Shown here: positions 34,341 through 44,912 of the stretch, in pieces
Layout: each line of letters begins with the position of its first letter
Numbering within the stretch: position 1 is the first letter of the stretch
IMG/VR virus record: IMGVR_UViG_3300038330_000010
Span: 1-51,576 of that record
Length of the DNA stretch: 51,576 nucleotides
Origin: a virus
Lineage: Duplodnaviria; Caudoviricetes
Reading direction: 5' to 3' (one strand)
Position numbers and translations under genes: made by a program
Notes under the pieces: generated by a model
What the model saw: the letters and a program-made list of their open reading frames with translations, nothing else
What the model was told of the DNA's origin: nothing
Databases searched by the model: none

Positions 34341-36310
34341 TAGATGCCCCTCTGTAGCATGGACGCTATACCTGCAGCATAATCAGTGAAGGCCTGAGTC
34401 TCAATGGTTTCCTCATGGAAGGCAAACTCACCCGAGCCTCTGATCTGCTCCTCGAACTGGGCATTGACATCTACATCGGTCGAGGACTGACCCAGAGCAT
34501 TGCGGACCTGCTGATCGTAGGCCTTACGAGCAATGGTGTTGATCCGCTCAACCTCTTTCTTCATTTCTTCCTCGGTGGGATTACGACCTAGCAGGTTCAT
34601 GTAGGTCTCCCGAGTGTAAGCACGGCTAGCAGCAGGGTCAGGCGCAGCGAATGGGCTGACCTCAATGCCGCTACCGCTACCTGTACCAGCAATTTCCGTA
34701 TCAAGACCTTCATCTGCCAGGTAGTCAGACAGCCCAGAGCGGTTGGCTCGGTTCATGATGTCAGCCACATACTTAGCGGATTTCTCATTCTGGTACTTGC
34801 CATTCTTGGCAAGGTACTCAGCAGCCACAGGCGAATTGTGTGCGGCTACAGCCACCTTCCAGTCACCATACTGAGCAAACCTCTCGGCAAGCATCCTTGC
34901 GGCCCAATTCAGAGCGTATCGTGGATCACGAGACTGTGCCACACTAACCTGGTCTCCCCATACAGGCTGGTAGATTTGAGCCAGGCCATGGGATTGACCA
35001 TTATCGCCGACGGCATCTTTGTTCCAACCGGATTCATGGGCAACTAGACCGTACAGAATATTGAGAGGTACACCATGAACCTTGGCATAGTAGCTAGCCC
35101 ACTCTAGGTTAGTTCGCCCGCCAAAGGCCTCGAAGGCGCGGGGATTAACTTCAGCCCCCGCAGGTACAGGAACAGTGGATTCCAGTGTAGGTCTAGGATT
35201 ACTAACCCTTGAAGCCTCAGGCCCGCCAGCATAGATGGCACTACCCCCACCCGGTGTAGCCACCGTTCGGGCCCGGGGATTGTAGATGTCCTGAAGGCTC
35301 TTACCAACCTGAACAGGGGCATTAATCTTGATATCCACATTGGCTGATTTCGGGAAGATGGCCTGATGGACTTGCTGCTGTGAACCAAACTGGGAAGGCC
35401 CTCCAGCACTGGTAACATATTGGGTGAACTGGTCTATCAACTCCGTACTACCATCAAAGGTAAGTGCCGCCGATTGAACCTGCCCAATATCTTGACCCAT
35501 CGGTATACCCAGGTCGGTGGGTGCAATAACAGCCAGAGCACCAGGAGTCCCGGTCAGTTGTCCTGAGTTATCAACCACCAAGATGTTGAACCCCGGTGGC
35601 GCACTCATAGGATTAACCTGATTACCGGGGTCTGGTTGACGTCCTCGACCTGCTCGGACATTGTTGCCGAACTGCTCACCACCCTGAGTAACAGAACCTG
35701 GTGTGCCTTGAGGTACAGGTAGTGGCTGACCAGTAGTGCTAGTGGTAGGTCCACCATCCTCACCTGCAACCATACCATAGCCTGCTATACCTGCACCTAC
35801 AGCAGCCGCACCTGTCATCTTTGGGCCAAGGGGCCAGGCACTCACAATGCCCTTGGCAATCTTGGAAAGAATGCCTTGACTCAGCTGGACCTTAGAAGTA
35901 ACACCTGTGGCAATGTCAGTGATGGCGGCAGTCTCGGCACCAGCAGCACCTATTTTGGCAGCAGTCCCGCCTATGGCACCAGCAAGAGCACCAGCACCTT
36001 TGAGCATACCAGCGGCACCAACGCCAGCAGCACCAGCGGCGCCTGCAGCTAATGCCTCTGGATCAAGAATGGCTCCTAAGGACTCATCCCTAGTAGCTTG
36101 CTGGGCCTTAACAATCGTGGATTTCTGAGTTTGGGATAGAGACTGAAAGGCCTCAGAGTCAAATAGGCCACCAGGACCAAGAGCATTTTCCGCCTCTTCT
36201 GGATGAGCAGTACGAAAGGCCTTGACCATGTCTTGCAGTTGGCTCTCTGAGACACCCTGCTTAACAAGGTCTACTATCTGCTCCCAATCTTTCTGCCAGG
36301 TTTCAGCCAT
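34340..36310 (-). CDS. Virion protein with lytic transglycosylase (SLT) domain
   Basis: HESGWNKDAVGD.GQSHGLAQI...AVAAHN; Ala/Gly-rich N-terminal region. Confidence 0.85.
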   Translation of the reverse strand: MAETWQKDWEQIVDLVKQGVSESQLQDMVKAFRTAHPEEAENALGPGGLFDSEAFQSLSQTQKSTIVKAQQATRDESLGAILDPEALAAGAAGAAGVGAAGMLKGAGALAGAIGGTAAKIGAAGAETAAITDIATGVTSKVQLSQGILSKIAKGIVSAWPLGPKMTGAAAVGAGIAGYGMVAGEDGGPTTSTTGQPLPVPQGTPGSVTQGGEQFGNNVRAGRGRQPDPGNQVNPMSAPPGFNILVVDNSGQLTGTPGALAVIAPTDLGIPMGQDIGQVQSAALTFDGSTELIDQFTQYVTSAGGPSQFGSQQQVHQAIFPKSANVDIKINAPVQVGKSLQDIYNPRARTVATPGGGSAIYAGGPEASRVSNPRPTLESTVPVPAGAEVNPRAFEAFGGRTNLEWASYYAKVHGVPLNILYGLVAHESGWNKDAVGDNGQSHGLAQIYQPVWGDQVSVAQSRDPRYALNWAARMLAERFAQYGDWKVAVAAHNSPVAAEYLAKNGKYQNEKSAKYVADIMNRANRSGLSDYLADEGLDTEIAGTGSGSGIEVSPFAAPDPAASRAYTRETYMNLLGRNPTEEEMKKEVERINTIARKAYDQQVRNALGQSSTDVDVNAQFEEQIRGSGEFAFHEETIETQAFTDYAAGIASMLQRGI

Positions 36311-39300
36311 TATCCATTGTCCCTGGTACTGAGTGTATCACCCTCAAGGTACCTAAAGTAGAGAGGCCCGAACGCTACGTTGTCCTCGATAATGGTATTG
36401 ATCTGACTCTCCCAGTATTCAAGAAGGTCCTGATTAGCGACAGCTTCCAGAGTGGCTGCACCACCTAGTTGCTTCCGTCGATTGAGCTCCTGAACCACGA
36501 TAGACCTTTGTACCAGGTAGTCCTGCAAACCTTGAATATCCGCTCTGCTGGATAGCGGCTCAGCCTTAGCAATCGCTCGGAAAGCCTCCAAACGCTTGGA
36601 CCACTTCAACTCATCCCGAGTGTTGAAGTCATCCCACCAGGACCCATACTGTGCAGCCAGTTCTTGAACCTTCGCATCACGGAAAGCCGCTAGCTGCTGA
36701 GCCTCTTTTACCCTTAGGTTAGGCAGACCTTGCTGTCGCCTGATAAGGTCAATACCGTCCATGAGCCTGATGTATTCTTGCCAGCCCAGACGACGGTCAA
36801 TCTCCATGATCTTGCCAGTCCTAGGGTCAAGCTCTGTAGGTCTGTAGACCCTCTCCATCTCAGACATAGGATTACCTGGGTCTATAGGCCGCTCCAACTG
36901 AGCAGCGTATGCCGCTGTGGAGAACTCACCAAGTGCCTGGTCACCTACGATCATTCGACCGTACTCAGGATACTGCTCAATCAGGCCCTCAAAGTTACGG
37001 CGTGCAACCTCTGCCTCAACAGTAGGTGGCAGGCCCGTCTTGCTGACAGTACGGCTCAGGGTCACGGCAAAGAACTCATTACCGTACTCATTCAGGAAAG
37101 CCTCGTCTGCCTGCTCTGGCCCTAGATTGTCGATCATATCCCGGTAGGTATCCATGTATGGCTGTAGCGGTGAGTCGAAGATCGGCTGAACAGGAGACCA
37201 TAGCCTGGTCAACAGTCGGAACGTCCACAGCTTCGAGGCAACATCATGGGCCTCCTCCTCTGTGGGTGCAGCCCTGAGACCAAGCCTGTGTTGAACATCC
37301 ATCCAGCTGATAGCATCCTGCCATGCTCTGACGTAGGATCGGTCAGACTCTGGACCTTGCATCTCACCCGCCAGTTGGCGGATCAGCGGTGACAGGAAGA
37401 TTTGCTTGGAGTCCACAGCTACACCGAAGGGCAACAGCCACTTAACGCCTGCCTCTAACTCAGGCTTTTTCTTGACCACTTCATTGATCGGGTACTGAAT
37501 CAGCGGACCAGCCCCAGGCAGAGGATTATTCAGCACAAGGTTGAACGAGGACTTGCCGACTCTGACACCACCTGTGGCAAGATAACGCTGCCAGCCTTGC
37601 AGATCAAGACCGTCAGCCGCTTTCTCACTGAGCCTGAACTGGATGAACTCGTTGCCTTCATCATCTGTGTAGACCATATCAGCACGGTTAGGTGCTGTCC
37701 ATAGCATGCGGCCTCGAGCGATGATACTGGGATCCTGAACAATCAACCCAGTCCAGACAGAGATAACTTCCTGCCAGGCAGCGTAGAATGGAGTGAAGAA
37801 CCGCATCATATCGCCAAGGCGAGAAACCTCTGCCAGATCATACAGATAGGTCTGTGACTCTCGAACGGCGAAGGCATGAGCGGACTTCTTCATCTGCTGG
37901 ATAACACCCTCTGTGAGGTCTAGCCCTTGTGCAGCGTGAAGGTCCTCGAGCCGCATCATCTCTAGGGCAAAGACCTGCTTGAAGAATGGCTGGCGAGACA
38001 GCGTATCGGTGGGCAGCCTACCGAGCAGGTCATAGGATTGGGAGATGAAGTCCTGGACAAAGACTCCGATGTCGGAGCGAGCCAGTGCCTGGTCGATGAT
38101 TTCCCCATGCACAACGTCGGGGCGAAGCGCCTCGTCGATGTTCTCCATCATCTGGGTGGTGACCTTCTTACGCATCACCCCGTCTAGGAGAGCCTCATCA
38201 AATCCTGCGGTGTAGTCCTTCAGGGTCTCGATGATGTCGTCGGCCCAACGTTCTGGGTCACGGCTCCGATACTCCATCGCCTCAGCTATACCACGACCAT
38301 CATCTGTCTCACGAAGGAAGACCTTGAACCGCTTGACTACCTCAGCATAGTCCTCGTCAGTCAGTCTGCCTGTGGTACGTGACAGCCTCTGGCCTCTGGT
38401 GAGTTCCAGGATGCTAGCCGTGATATTACGTCCCACAGGAGAGTTGCCGAACTGGCGGGCGAGAGCCCTAGACCATGCAGGCCCGAACTCTCGTTCGCCT
38501 CTCACTATCGAACGCCACTGACCTGAAGCCTTATCACGAAGGTGGTTAAGGAATGTCTCTTCCTCTCTACCCATCAGAGTCCGCATATCGCTGGCTAGTG
38601 ACTCATTGGGCCCACCATACCCAGCACGGGCAGACACCATTGGCTCGACATCTGTGCCCTTCACATGTTCCCAGTAACGAGGACTTGTAAGCCCTAGCTT
38701 ACGGGCACCGTATGAGATACCGCCTGCCACTCTTGACCCCACAGCGGTGAGTGGCTGAGTGAGAGTAGCAGTAGCTAGACCAGCACCTGCTCGCTGACCG
38801 AACGTTAAATCCTTCTCCAAAATACCAGAGAACTTAGGCTTTTCACCAGCCTCAATAGCAGCAAGGTGCCTGAGCAGAGAGCCCATCTTGGCAAGGATAC
38901 GGAGCTGTTCGTCGGAGACCACCCGGATCATCCACCCGCCTCGGAGAAGGACAGTAGGCTTCCACAGTTGATAGAAGGTGTCGAGGAAGATTTCAGTGTT
39001 GTCGGCAGCACTACCATATCTAGCCCGGAAAGTACCTATCCTGGTAGCTACCTTCTTCAGAGCAGCCACATCAGTTAGAGGGATCCAGGCCTCGACCTGT
39101 GTGTCAAGCAAAGGCATGATGCGGGTGACTATCTCGCCGGTATCCTTGTCTGGGAACTCAATACGGTCACGCCCGCCTGCGGCATAGCGTCGAGAGGCAA
39201 GATATGCCTGAACTGAGTGACGGCCCTTACGAGCTTCATCCAGAGCCTTGAGGAATTCATCCTCAGACATCTTTGCCTTGCGGGCAGCAGCCTTGATAAT

Positions 39301-41808
39301 CATATCCTCGGCCTCTGCAACCGCATCAACCTTAGCCCGCTCATTGGGTGCAGCCATATATTTCTGGACTGCTGTCTCACGTTCAGCCTTAGTGATACCC
39401 ATGCTCTGAGCCTCTGCCAACTGACGGTCAAGCTGCCGATCAGACATACCGTCCCTGACGTTCAGGAACCTGTGTGGCTTCATCTCCGTAACAACCCTAA
39501 CCGGTGCCATGTAGAAACGTTCCTGATACCATGACTGTTTGCGAAGCATATTTGCGGCAAGACGAGGATAAGGCATAGACACCTGGCGAATGGGTGCATA
39601 GTTCACCGCATCACGAAGGAACGTGGCAAACGCCTCCTGGTTCTCCAGTTCTTCCAGCATCTCCTTGGCAACCGTGCCCCACTGATCTGGTGGTGGGTCA
39701 GTGAACCGACCAGGCTGGTCGATCATAGCCATGTACCGATCATTTGGTGAGAAGCCTGCCTCGACGTTGTCCATCTCTCGCTGAAGGATCTTGATCTTGC
39801 CTCTCAGAAGTTCAGGCAAGGCATCAATCTCAGGCAGACGATAGCCCATGTACCCAAGAAGCACGGTACGGCGTTCGTCGAAGGTCTTGACACTGGCAAG
39901 GTCAGTGGCAATTCTCTGACCAAAGGGATGGTTGTTGAAGAAGGTCCTGCGAATCTCGTCGGCACCTTTACCATCCATGTGATTTAGGACCTGAGTAACA
40001 ACCCGAGACTTGGCAGCCACATCATACAGATTGGTTGCACCACCTCTGACAGCGTTGGCAGCGTTACGGTCGGCAAGGTACTTGCGACCCATGACACCGT
40101 CCATGCCCATGGCTGTCTCGAAATCAAGCCTCATGTTATCGAAGGGGATTACCTGGTCAGGCTCAACTGCTCGACCATCCTGCTCGTACAGTCTCCAGTT
40201 CCTACGAGTGTCTTGTGTCCCTAGGAACTCGGCATCGAACTCATCCCCATACATCCGCTCAATGTGCATATCCTGAGCTTCCAGCTTCTCCGCTGTGGTG
40301 AAGAAGGCAGCATCACCACCAGGCTCAGCTAGAGGAGAATCGAATTCCTCATAGATTGCATCCAGCTTGTTGGCCTTGACATTCAACAGCAGAGGCATAT
40401 CGCTGGGGTCCTGTCGATACAGTGTGGCAGCGTATCTCACGGCATCTTCTCGCTTGGTGAACAGAACGATAGGACGGTTAGACTGACCGGCATAGCGAGG
40501 CATAGTCTTAGGCCGAGTTTTGAGAGAGCCAGGCATATCAGCCACTCTTGCTACCTCGTCACTGGCATTGCCGATAGCTCTAGACTTGGCCATCTTCTGG
40601 AACTGACTAGCCACAGCTGACACCAGATTGTCAGAGGCCCCACCTCTCTCCAGAGCGTCGAGCAGACCCTGCATGGATGCGGTATCTCCGAACTCTGTGC
40701 CTTGCAGGAGTTGATCCACAGCAGACACTGGGTCTGCGGAGTCAATGCCTCTAGTGGCATAGAACTCAATGGCATCAGCTACGGGGTCCCCACTAGGTAC
40801 ATCAACTTCAAGGGCACGGACCTCTTCAGCCAGAGCCTCTGGATCAACCTCAGCCTTGGCTCGTTTGCCTAGATCATCAGCGGCCTTAATACTGTCGGTG
40901 CCGTCGATCATCGGGTCCATACCCTGCTTCAGGTTGACACGACCTTCATCGACCAGTTGCTCCATCCCAGACGTTCTAGGAACAGCCCAGACTCGCTGGT
41001 TCTTTTTGGTCTCCCCTAGAGTGATTGCCCGAAAGCCATCGAGTAGCTCCCGAGACTGGGTGACTCTCAAACCTTCAGGAGTCAGCTTACGGGCAGCCTG
41101 CCGCAGATGTCTTTCCGCATCGAAGATGAAGGCAGTATTCCGTACGTTCTTGATCCCCTTGCCTAGGAGAACGTCAGGCGACAAGAACCAGCGGGACACA
41201 GCGTCGATGGTTCCAGTGACCATCTGATAACCAGCCGAAGCAATGACCATCTCCTGATCGGCGGGGGTTCTAGTGTGAAAACCGGGGGCAAGAATTTCCT
41301 CGTAGAATGCCTGGCCCGGAGTCTGCTTGGCAGCTCGCCGCCATATCTGTTGGGCCTCACCCTGCTGCATCATGGGGTCATTCAAGCCCGCACCAGCTAG
41401 ACCAATACCAGCAGCTAAACCTCGCTGTACGGAGAAATCGCCAGGAGTAAGCTGCTTGCCGAACATACCAGCGACGTCCTGGTAGAATTCGGGCACCCTC
41501 TGTTCTTGCCTCTGAAACTCTGTGGAGTAGAGAAGCTCGACCTCATCCCAAAAGGACTTCAGATGCCCGCCTACCTGAGATTCGCCAAGGGACTCAAGAC
41601 CCCGGTTAATACCTGTACCTGAACCGATCTTAGTCAGACCTTCCACAGCTTGAATGGAGCGTTCGCCAAATACACCGAAGAACCCTGGGTTGTATTCTGC
41701 GGAGCCTATAGCTCGAGCCGTATCCCAAAGCATGCCTATGGGGGCAGTGACGAGGTCAGTTACTCCTTGTCCAACCTCTTTGAGCTTATCCAGGAATCCC
41801 ACGATCAC
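36310..41808 (-). CDS. Giant (1832 aa) internal virion/DNA ejection protein
   Basis: Size and position; WKPTVLLRGGW..R and FFTPFYAAW..E motifs typical of large podophage ejection proteins. Confidence 0.7.
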   Translation of the reverse strand: MIVGFLDKLKEVGQGVTDLVTAPIGMLWDTARAIGSAEYNPGFFGVFGERSIQAVEGLTKIGSGTGINRGLESLGESQVGGHLKSFWDEVELLYSTEFQRQEQRVPEFYQDVAGMFGKQLTPGDFSVQRGLAAGIGLAGAGLNDPMMQQGEAQQIWRRAAKQTPGQAFYEEILAPGFHTRTPADQEMVIASAGYQMVTGTIDAVSRWFLSPDVLLGKGIKNVRNTAFIFDAERHLRQAARKLTPEGLRVTQSRELLDGFRAITLGETKKNQRVWAVPRTSGMEQLVDEGRVNLKQGMDPMIDGTDSIKAADDLGKRAKAEVDPEALAEEVRALEVDVPSGDPVADAIEFYATRGIDSADPVSAVDQLLQGTEFGDTASMQGLLDALERGGASDNLVSAVASQFQKMAKSRAIGNASDEVARVADMPGSLKTRPKTMPRYAGQSNRPIVLFTKREDAVRYAATLYRQDPSDMPLLLNVKANKLDAIYEEFDSPLAEPGGDAAFFTTAEKLEAQDMHIERMYGDEFDAEFLGTQDTRRNWRLYEQDGRAVEPDQVIPFDNMRLDFETAMGMDGVMGRKYLADRNAANAVRGGATNLYDVAAKSRVVTQVLNHMDGKGADEIRRTFFNNHPFGQRIATDLASVKTFDERRTVLLGYMGYRLPEIDALPELLRGKIKILQREMDNVEAGFSPNDRYMAMIDQPGRFTDPPPDQWGTVAKEMLEELENQEAFATFLRDAVNYAPIRQVSMPYPRLAANMLRKQSWYQERFYMAPVRVVTEMKPHRFLNVRDGMSDRQLDRQLAEAQSMGITKAERETAVQKYMAAPNERAKVDAVAEAEDMIIKAAARKAKMSEDEFLKALDEARKGRHSVQAYLASRRYAAGGRDRIEFPDKDTGEIVTRIMPLLDTQVEAWIPLTDVAALKKVATRIGTFRARYGSAADNTEIFLDTFYQLWKPTVLLRGGWMIRVVSDEQLRILAKMGSLLRHLAAIEAGEKPKFSGILEKDLTFGQRAGAGLATATLTQPLTAVGSRVAGGISYGARKLGLTSPRYWEHVKGTDVEPMVSARAGYGGPNESLASDMRTLMGREEETFLNHLRDKASGQWRSIVRGEREFGPAWSRALARQFGNSPVGRNITASILELTRGQRLSRTTGRLTDEDYAEVVKRFKVFLRETDDGRGIAEAMEYRSRDPERWADDIIETLKDYTAGFDEALLDGVMRKKVTTQMMENIDEALRPDVVHGEIIDQALARSDIGVFVQDFISQSYDLLGRLPTDTLSRQPFFKQVFALEMMRLEDLHAAQGLDLTEGVIQQMKKSAHAFAVRESQTYLYDLAEVSRLGDMMRFFTPFYAAWQEVISVWTGLIVQDPSIIARGRMLWTAPNRADMVYTDDEGNEFIQFRLSEKAADGLDLQGWQRYLATGGVRVGKSSFNLVLNNPLPGAGPLIQYPINEVVKKKPELEAGVKWLLPFGVAVDSKQIFLSPLIRQLAGEMQGPESDRSYVRAWQDAISWMDVQHRLGLRAAPTEEEAHDVASKLWTFRLLTRLWSPVQPIFDSPLQPYMDTYRDMIDNLGPEQADEAFLNEYGNEFFAVTLSRTVSKTGLPPTVEAEVARRNFEGLIEQYPEYGRMIVGDQALGEFSTAAYAAQLERPIDPGNPMSEMERVYRPTELDPRTGKIMEIDRRLGWQEYIRLMDGIDLIRRQQGLPNLRVKEAQQLAAFRDAKVQELAAQYGSWWDDFNTRDELKWSKRLEAFRAIAKAEPLSSRADIQGLQDYLVQRSIVVQELNRRKQLGGAATLEAVANQDLLEYWESQINTIIEDNVAFGPLYFRYLEGDTLSTRDNG

Positions 41809-42304
41809 TTGGCTCCATAACAGGCATCTGTTCCGGGCTAACCGGGAGACTAGCCCTGATCCTCTGAGCCATGATCTTAGTCTCGGAAGTAGCGTTAGGC
41901 AAAGTAGCTAGGCGCATTATCAGGGGATAGGCATACTGCATCTGCTCGGCAGTAAGCCTGCTAGTGAGTCCCCCCTGGGAAGGGATAAGAGACTCGGGTC
42001 CTGCGCCTGGACCCATTGTAATACCAGCCGTGAGAGGCTCGTCGGGAGCCATGGTGTCGTCGTTGAGGTTACCTTGACTGTTGGTGATCTGAGGCAGGGG
42101 AATGCCATTCAGAGCCTTGCGAGCAGGGCCAGCTTGACCTTGCTGGACTGTTGCTTCACCCGGGCCGGGAGGTAGTGGGGTGCCCGGAGAGCCCGGCAGT
42201 TCGGACATATCCGATCTGTTCGGGCCACGAGCAAGAGGAAGTGATGCAGGGCGCGGCACTCCGTCAGGGGCTCTGGGCCCCCCACGATTCTCCCGTGCGG
42301 TCAA
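41786..42304 (-). CDS. Pro/Gly-rich structural protein
   Basis: PDEPLTAGITMGPGAGPE motif; lies downstream of the portal cluster. Confidence 0.65.
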   Translation of the reverse strand: MTARENRGGPRAPDGVPRPASLPLARGPNRSDMSELPGSPGTPLPPGPGEATVQQGQAGPARKALNGIPLPQITNSQGNLNDDTMAPDEPLTAGITMGPGAGPESLIPSQGGLTSRLTAEQMQYAYPLIMRLATLPNATSETKIMAQRIRASLPVSPEQMPVMEPSDRGIPG

Positions 42305-42450
42305 CCTCGAATCACCTCACAGATAGCCAGCAAAAGAACGGCGATAACCACGAAGACCTCCGCTGCCACTGCTACTACACCACCGATGGCGAGTAAGGCA
42401 AAGACAGCTAGGGCTCCTGCAATAAGAGCCAAAACCATTGTCGCACTCAC
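42301..42450 (-). CDS. 49-aa two-TM membrane peptide (not in the ORF track)
   Basis: GGAGG RBS; MSATMVLALIAGALAVFALLAIGGVVAVAAEVFVVIAVLLLAICEVIRG*. Confidence 0.65.
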   Translation of the reverse strand: MSATMVLALIAGALAVFALLAIGGVVAVAAEVFVVIAVLLLAICEVIRG

Positions 42451-42572
42451 TTCTTCCTCCGATTTTGATTTGCCTTGATAGCTCTGCCCTGCTTTTCCGC
42501 CGCTGCCTTCGACTTATAAACCTTGCCCTTTGATCCATAACGATAGCCACCTTTGACTTTCTGGACGGGCAT
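42447..42572 (-). CDS. 41-aa basic peptide (not in the ORF track)
   Basis: MPVQKVKGGYRYGSKGKVYKSKAAAEKQGRAIKANQNRRKK*; stop/start overlaps on both sides. Confidence 0.7.
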   Translation of the reverse strand: MPVQKVKGGYRYGSKGKVYKSKAAAEKQGRAIKANQNRRKK

Positions 42573-42781
42573 CAGTACCTCTTCTTGGCAGACTTCCTTG
42601 TGCTTGACTTGCCACCTACATTGATCCGTTTCCAGTCAGCCGCTCGGGTAAAAGTATCGCCAGTGCGAATACCGAAGCCCTGCTCGGAAGACTTGATCGG
42701 CTTGTAGGCAGTCTGCCCACTTGTTCCAGAAGTCGGCTTTGGCACACCGCCAGTTTTCTTGGGCTTGTAGTTTTTAGCCAC
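42572..42781 (-). CDS. Small basic protein
   Basis: K/R-rich, translationally coupled. Confidence 0.65.
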   Translation of the reverse strand: MAKNYKPKKTGGVPKPTSGTSGQTAYKPIKSSEQGFGIRTGDTFTRAADWKRINVGGKSSTRKSAKKRY

Positions 42782-42953
42782 GACCCTTCCTCGCTATTTC
42801 ACGACCTTTGCGGGCAGTACCTGTAGGGGGCTTCTTCCCGCTCTTGTCTGTTGCCCCATCACGAGGCAAGGTCTTGATATTGCCAGGAGAACCATAGCCC
42901 ATCTGGGCTCCTTGATTTCCCTTGACTCCTCGATAACTACCCTTCGTCGGCAT
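42774..42953 (-). CDS. Small basic protein
   Basis: AGGAGAGG RBS; MPTKGSYRGVKG start within the 42774..43067 ORF. Confidence 0.6.
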   Translation of the reverse strand: MPTKGSYRGVKGNQGAQMGYGSPGNIKTLPRDGATDKSGKKPPTGTARKGREIARKGRG

Positions 42954-43137
42954 CGTCCTCTCCTGGTAGTGACAGTTGCTGGCTGTGGAACTCATGGAAG
43001 TTCCCGTCCTCTGCACGGATCTCAAACTTGGCAGCTTCTGCCTTCTCCTCGGATGAGTACGGTCCATAGACTGTTACGTCTCCGACGTTGGCATTGGAGC
43101 CTTGTGAGATTACGACCCACTGTCCTTTCTTGGCCAT
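42937..43137 (-). CDS. Small protein
   Basis: AGGAGG RBS; YGPYSSEEKAEAA. Confidence 0.65.
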   Translation of the reverse strand: MAKKGQWVVISQGSNANVGDVTVYGPYSSEEKAEAAKFEIRAEDGNFHEFHSQQLSLPGEDDADEG

Positions 43138-43146
43138 GGCTACCTC

Positions 43147-44898
43147 CTATCTTCCTGTTGCTAGTGCCATGATCTGTTCTGGTGATGGGACCGAGGCTAC
43201 CGCCGGTGCAGCACCACCGCCAGGAAGAGCTTCGCCTGGAGGAGCCCCTGGAAGGGCAGGCTCCATAGGCCCGCCGGGCCCCGGTCCCATCTGTTGCTCT
43301 GGAGGTGGGGGCATCGGGTTTTCATGCAGCCACTTCCATGGCTCCTTACCCGACTCTATGGCAGCATGCCATGCCGAGAGATGGTTTATCATAGTGACTG
43401 GCGCTCCACCAGCCGTCATCTCGAACATCACCTTTTCGATGCGGTCGAGCAATACCCGTTTCTTGGTAGCCGAGACAGACTTGATCCAGGGTGCGTTCTC
43501 CATGACTTCCTGCTCGTCAATGAAGCCTTGAGCCGCAAACTGCATGAGTTCCACAAAGCCCTCAAAGCCACCGACTCCGATACCGAAGTCAACCTGTACG
43601 GTATGGTGACCATTGATTACTTGCTTGGGGACGTACTCTTCCTCGAACGACTCGCCCTTGGTCTTACCCATCATTGGCTTCTTCACAGAGCCGTAGAGCT
43701 CCTCGTCCATGATAAGTGCGCTCGACCTGAGGAACTCAATGTCAGGCCTCATCACGTCCCAGAAATCTTGGACCGCAGCTGTAACCGTTCGGTTAAGCTC
43801 CCCGATTCCGAGACCCGTCACTGTGCTTCCCGGAGCTTCCCCTCGAAGGCTCTCAGTATCCTGGTTCATTATACGAATGAGACGGTCCAAGACTTCCAGA
43901 TCACGCTCGGCCTGCAGTTCTCCAGGTGGGGTGAGAAACTCTGCGGCACCAGTCTGATCCATTGTAGTAATGACTCGGGTGTTCGGATCCATGTCGAACA
44001 CACCACGAACATGCAACCATGGCCAGACCACATTCTCGTTGTAGGTCAGTTTCTGGTTCAGCATCCGCATGTAGGCAAGTACGAGGCCGATATTCTGCTC
44101 AAACATGGACTCACCACCAAGCTGGTCAGCCACGTTCATTGCCGTGTATCTGAACGGTACGAACCCCATACCATGCTCGACCTGCAGGATGATCTTGTCG
44201 TTGGCAACCACAGTCCACCAGTCTTTGTCCATCTGAGTGACCACAGAGACAGGCTGGAAGGGATCATCCTTCACATCTATGAACTGACGGATGCGACCTT
44301 CCTGACTCGGGTAAGTGTCGACCAGAGCGGAGATAGTGAGGACCTCGTCAAAGATCACCCAAGGCATGGAGACAATGTTCATGGAGGGTTTAGTGAGCAT
44401 GGAATAGTTACTAGGCTGTGTCGATACGGAGCCAGCGCCAGGAGCGGGCAGGCATGCACGAGGATCCTTGTAAAAGAACTTCGGGCCTTTCAGAACCCCA
44501 TCCGGCATCACTCCGATGCCTGCTGCTCCCAACCCCACGAGGTACCAGCCATACTGCTTCATTATCCCAGGCATACCTGAGGACTCGTCGTAGTGGGCTA
44601 GGACCTTCTCAATCTTGTCAGCCTTGCTCTGGGAGACGCGGCTAATCTTACTCGGTCGTACATGGCTGGAAGGTACTTTTCCGACCATTTGTGCATATCG
44701 TTTCCATCCGAGTCGAATCCAGTTAGCCACCTTAGGCGCTTCACCACGCCTAAACTCACCAGGCCAAAGCTCCTGGTAATTTCCATGATACGCCGTAAGA
44801 AGGGTGTCATACCGATCAATGGCTTCATGCCAGAACGAGTTAGCCTTGACCCTATAGTCAAGTACGAGGTCTGCTGTGGGTGCCTGGATATCGGCCAT
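43147..44898 (-). CDS. Portal protein
   Basis: 583 aa; KADKIEK, HGMGFVPF, LGGESMFE, YMRMLNQ; Pro/Gly-rich tail. Confidence 0.85.
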   Translation of the reverse strand: MADIQAPTADLVLDYRVKANSFWHEAIDRYDTLLTAYHGNYQELWPGEFRRGEAPKVANWIRLGWKRYAQMVGKVPSSHVRPSKISRVSQSKADKIEKVLAHYDESSGMPGIMKQYGWYLVGLGAAGIGVMPDGVLKGPKFFYKDPRACLPAPGAGSVSTQPSNYSMLTKPSMNIVSMPWVIFDEVLTISALVDTYPSQEGRIRQFIDVKDDPFQPVSVVTQMDKDWWTVVANDKIILQVEHGMGFVPFRYTAMNVADQLGGESMFEQNIGLVLAYMRMLNQKLTYNENVVWPWLHVRGVFDMDPNTRVITTMDQTGAAEFLTPPGELQAERDLEVLDRLIRIMNQDTESLRGEAPGSTVTGLGIGELNRTVTAAVQDFWDVMRPDIEFLRSSALIMDEELYGSVKKPMMGKTKGESFEEEYVPKQVINGHHTVQVDFGIGVGGFEGFVELMQFAAQGFIDEQEVMENAPWIKSVSATKKRVLLDRIEKVMFEMTAGGAPVTMINHLSAWHAAIESGKEPWKWLHENPMPPPPEQQMGPGPGGPMEPALPGAPPGEALPGGGAAPAVASVPSPEQIMALATGR

Positions 44899-44912
44899 TG
44901 GTCAAGAGTGTA

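Noticed and set aside
43294-44580. 428-aa + strand ORF (and similar long antisense ORFs such as 30390..31034)
   Set aside because: Shadow frames opposite the portal and MCP genes; no RBS or recognisable motifs.
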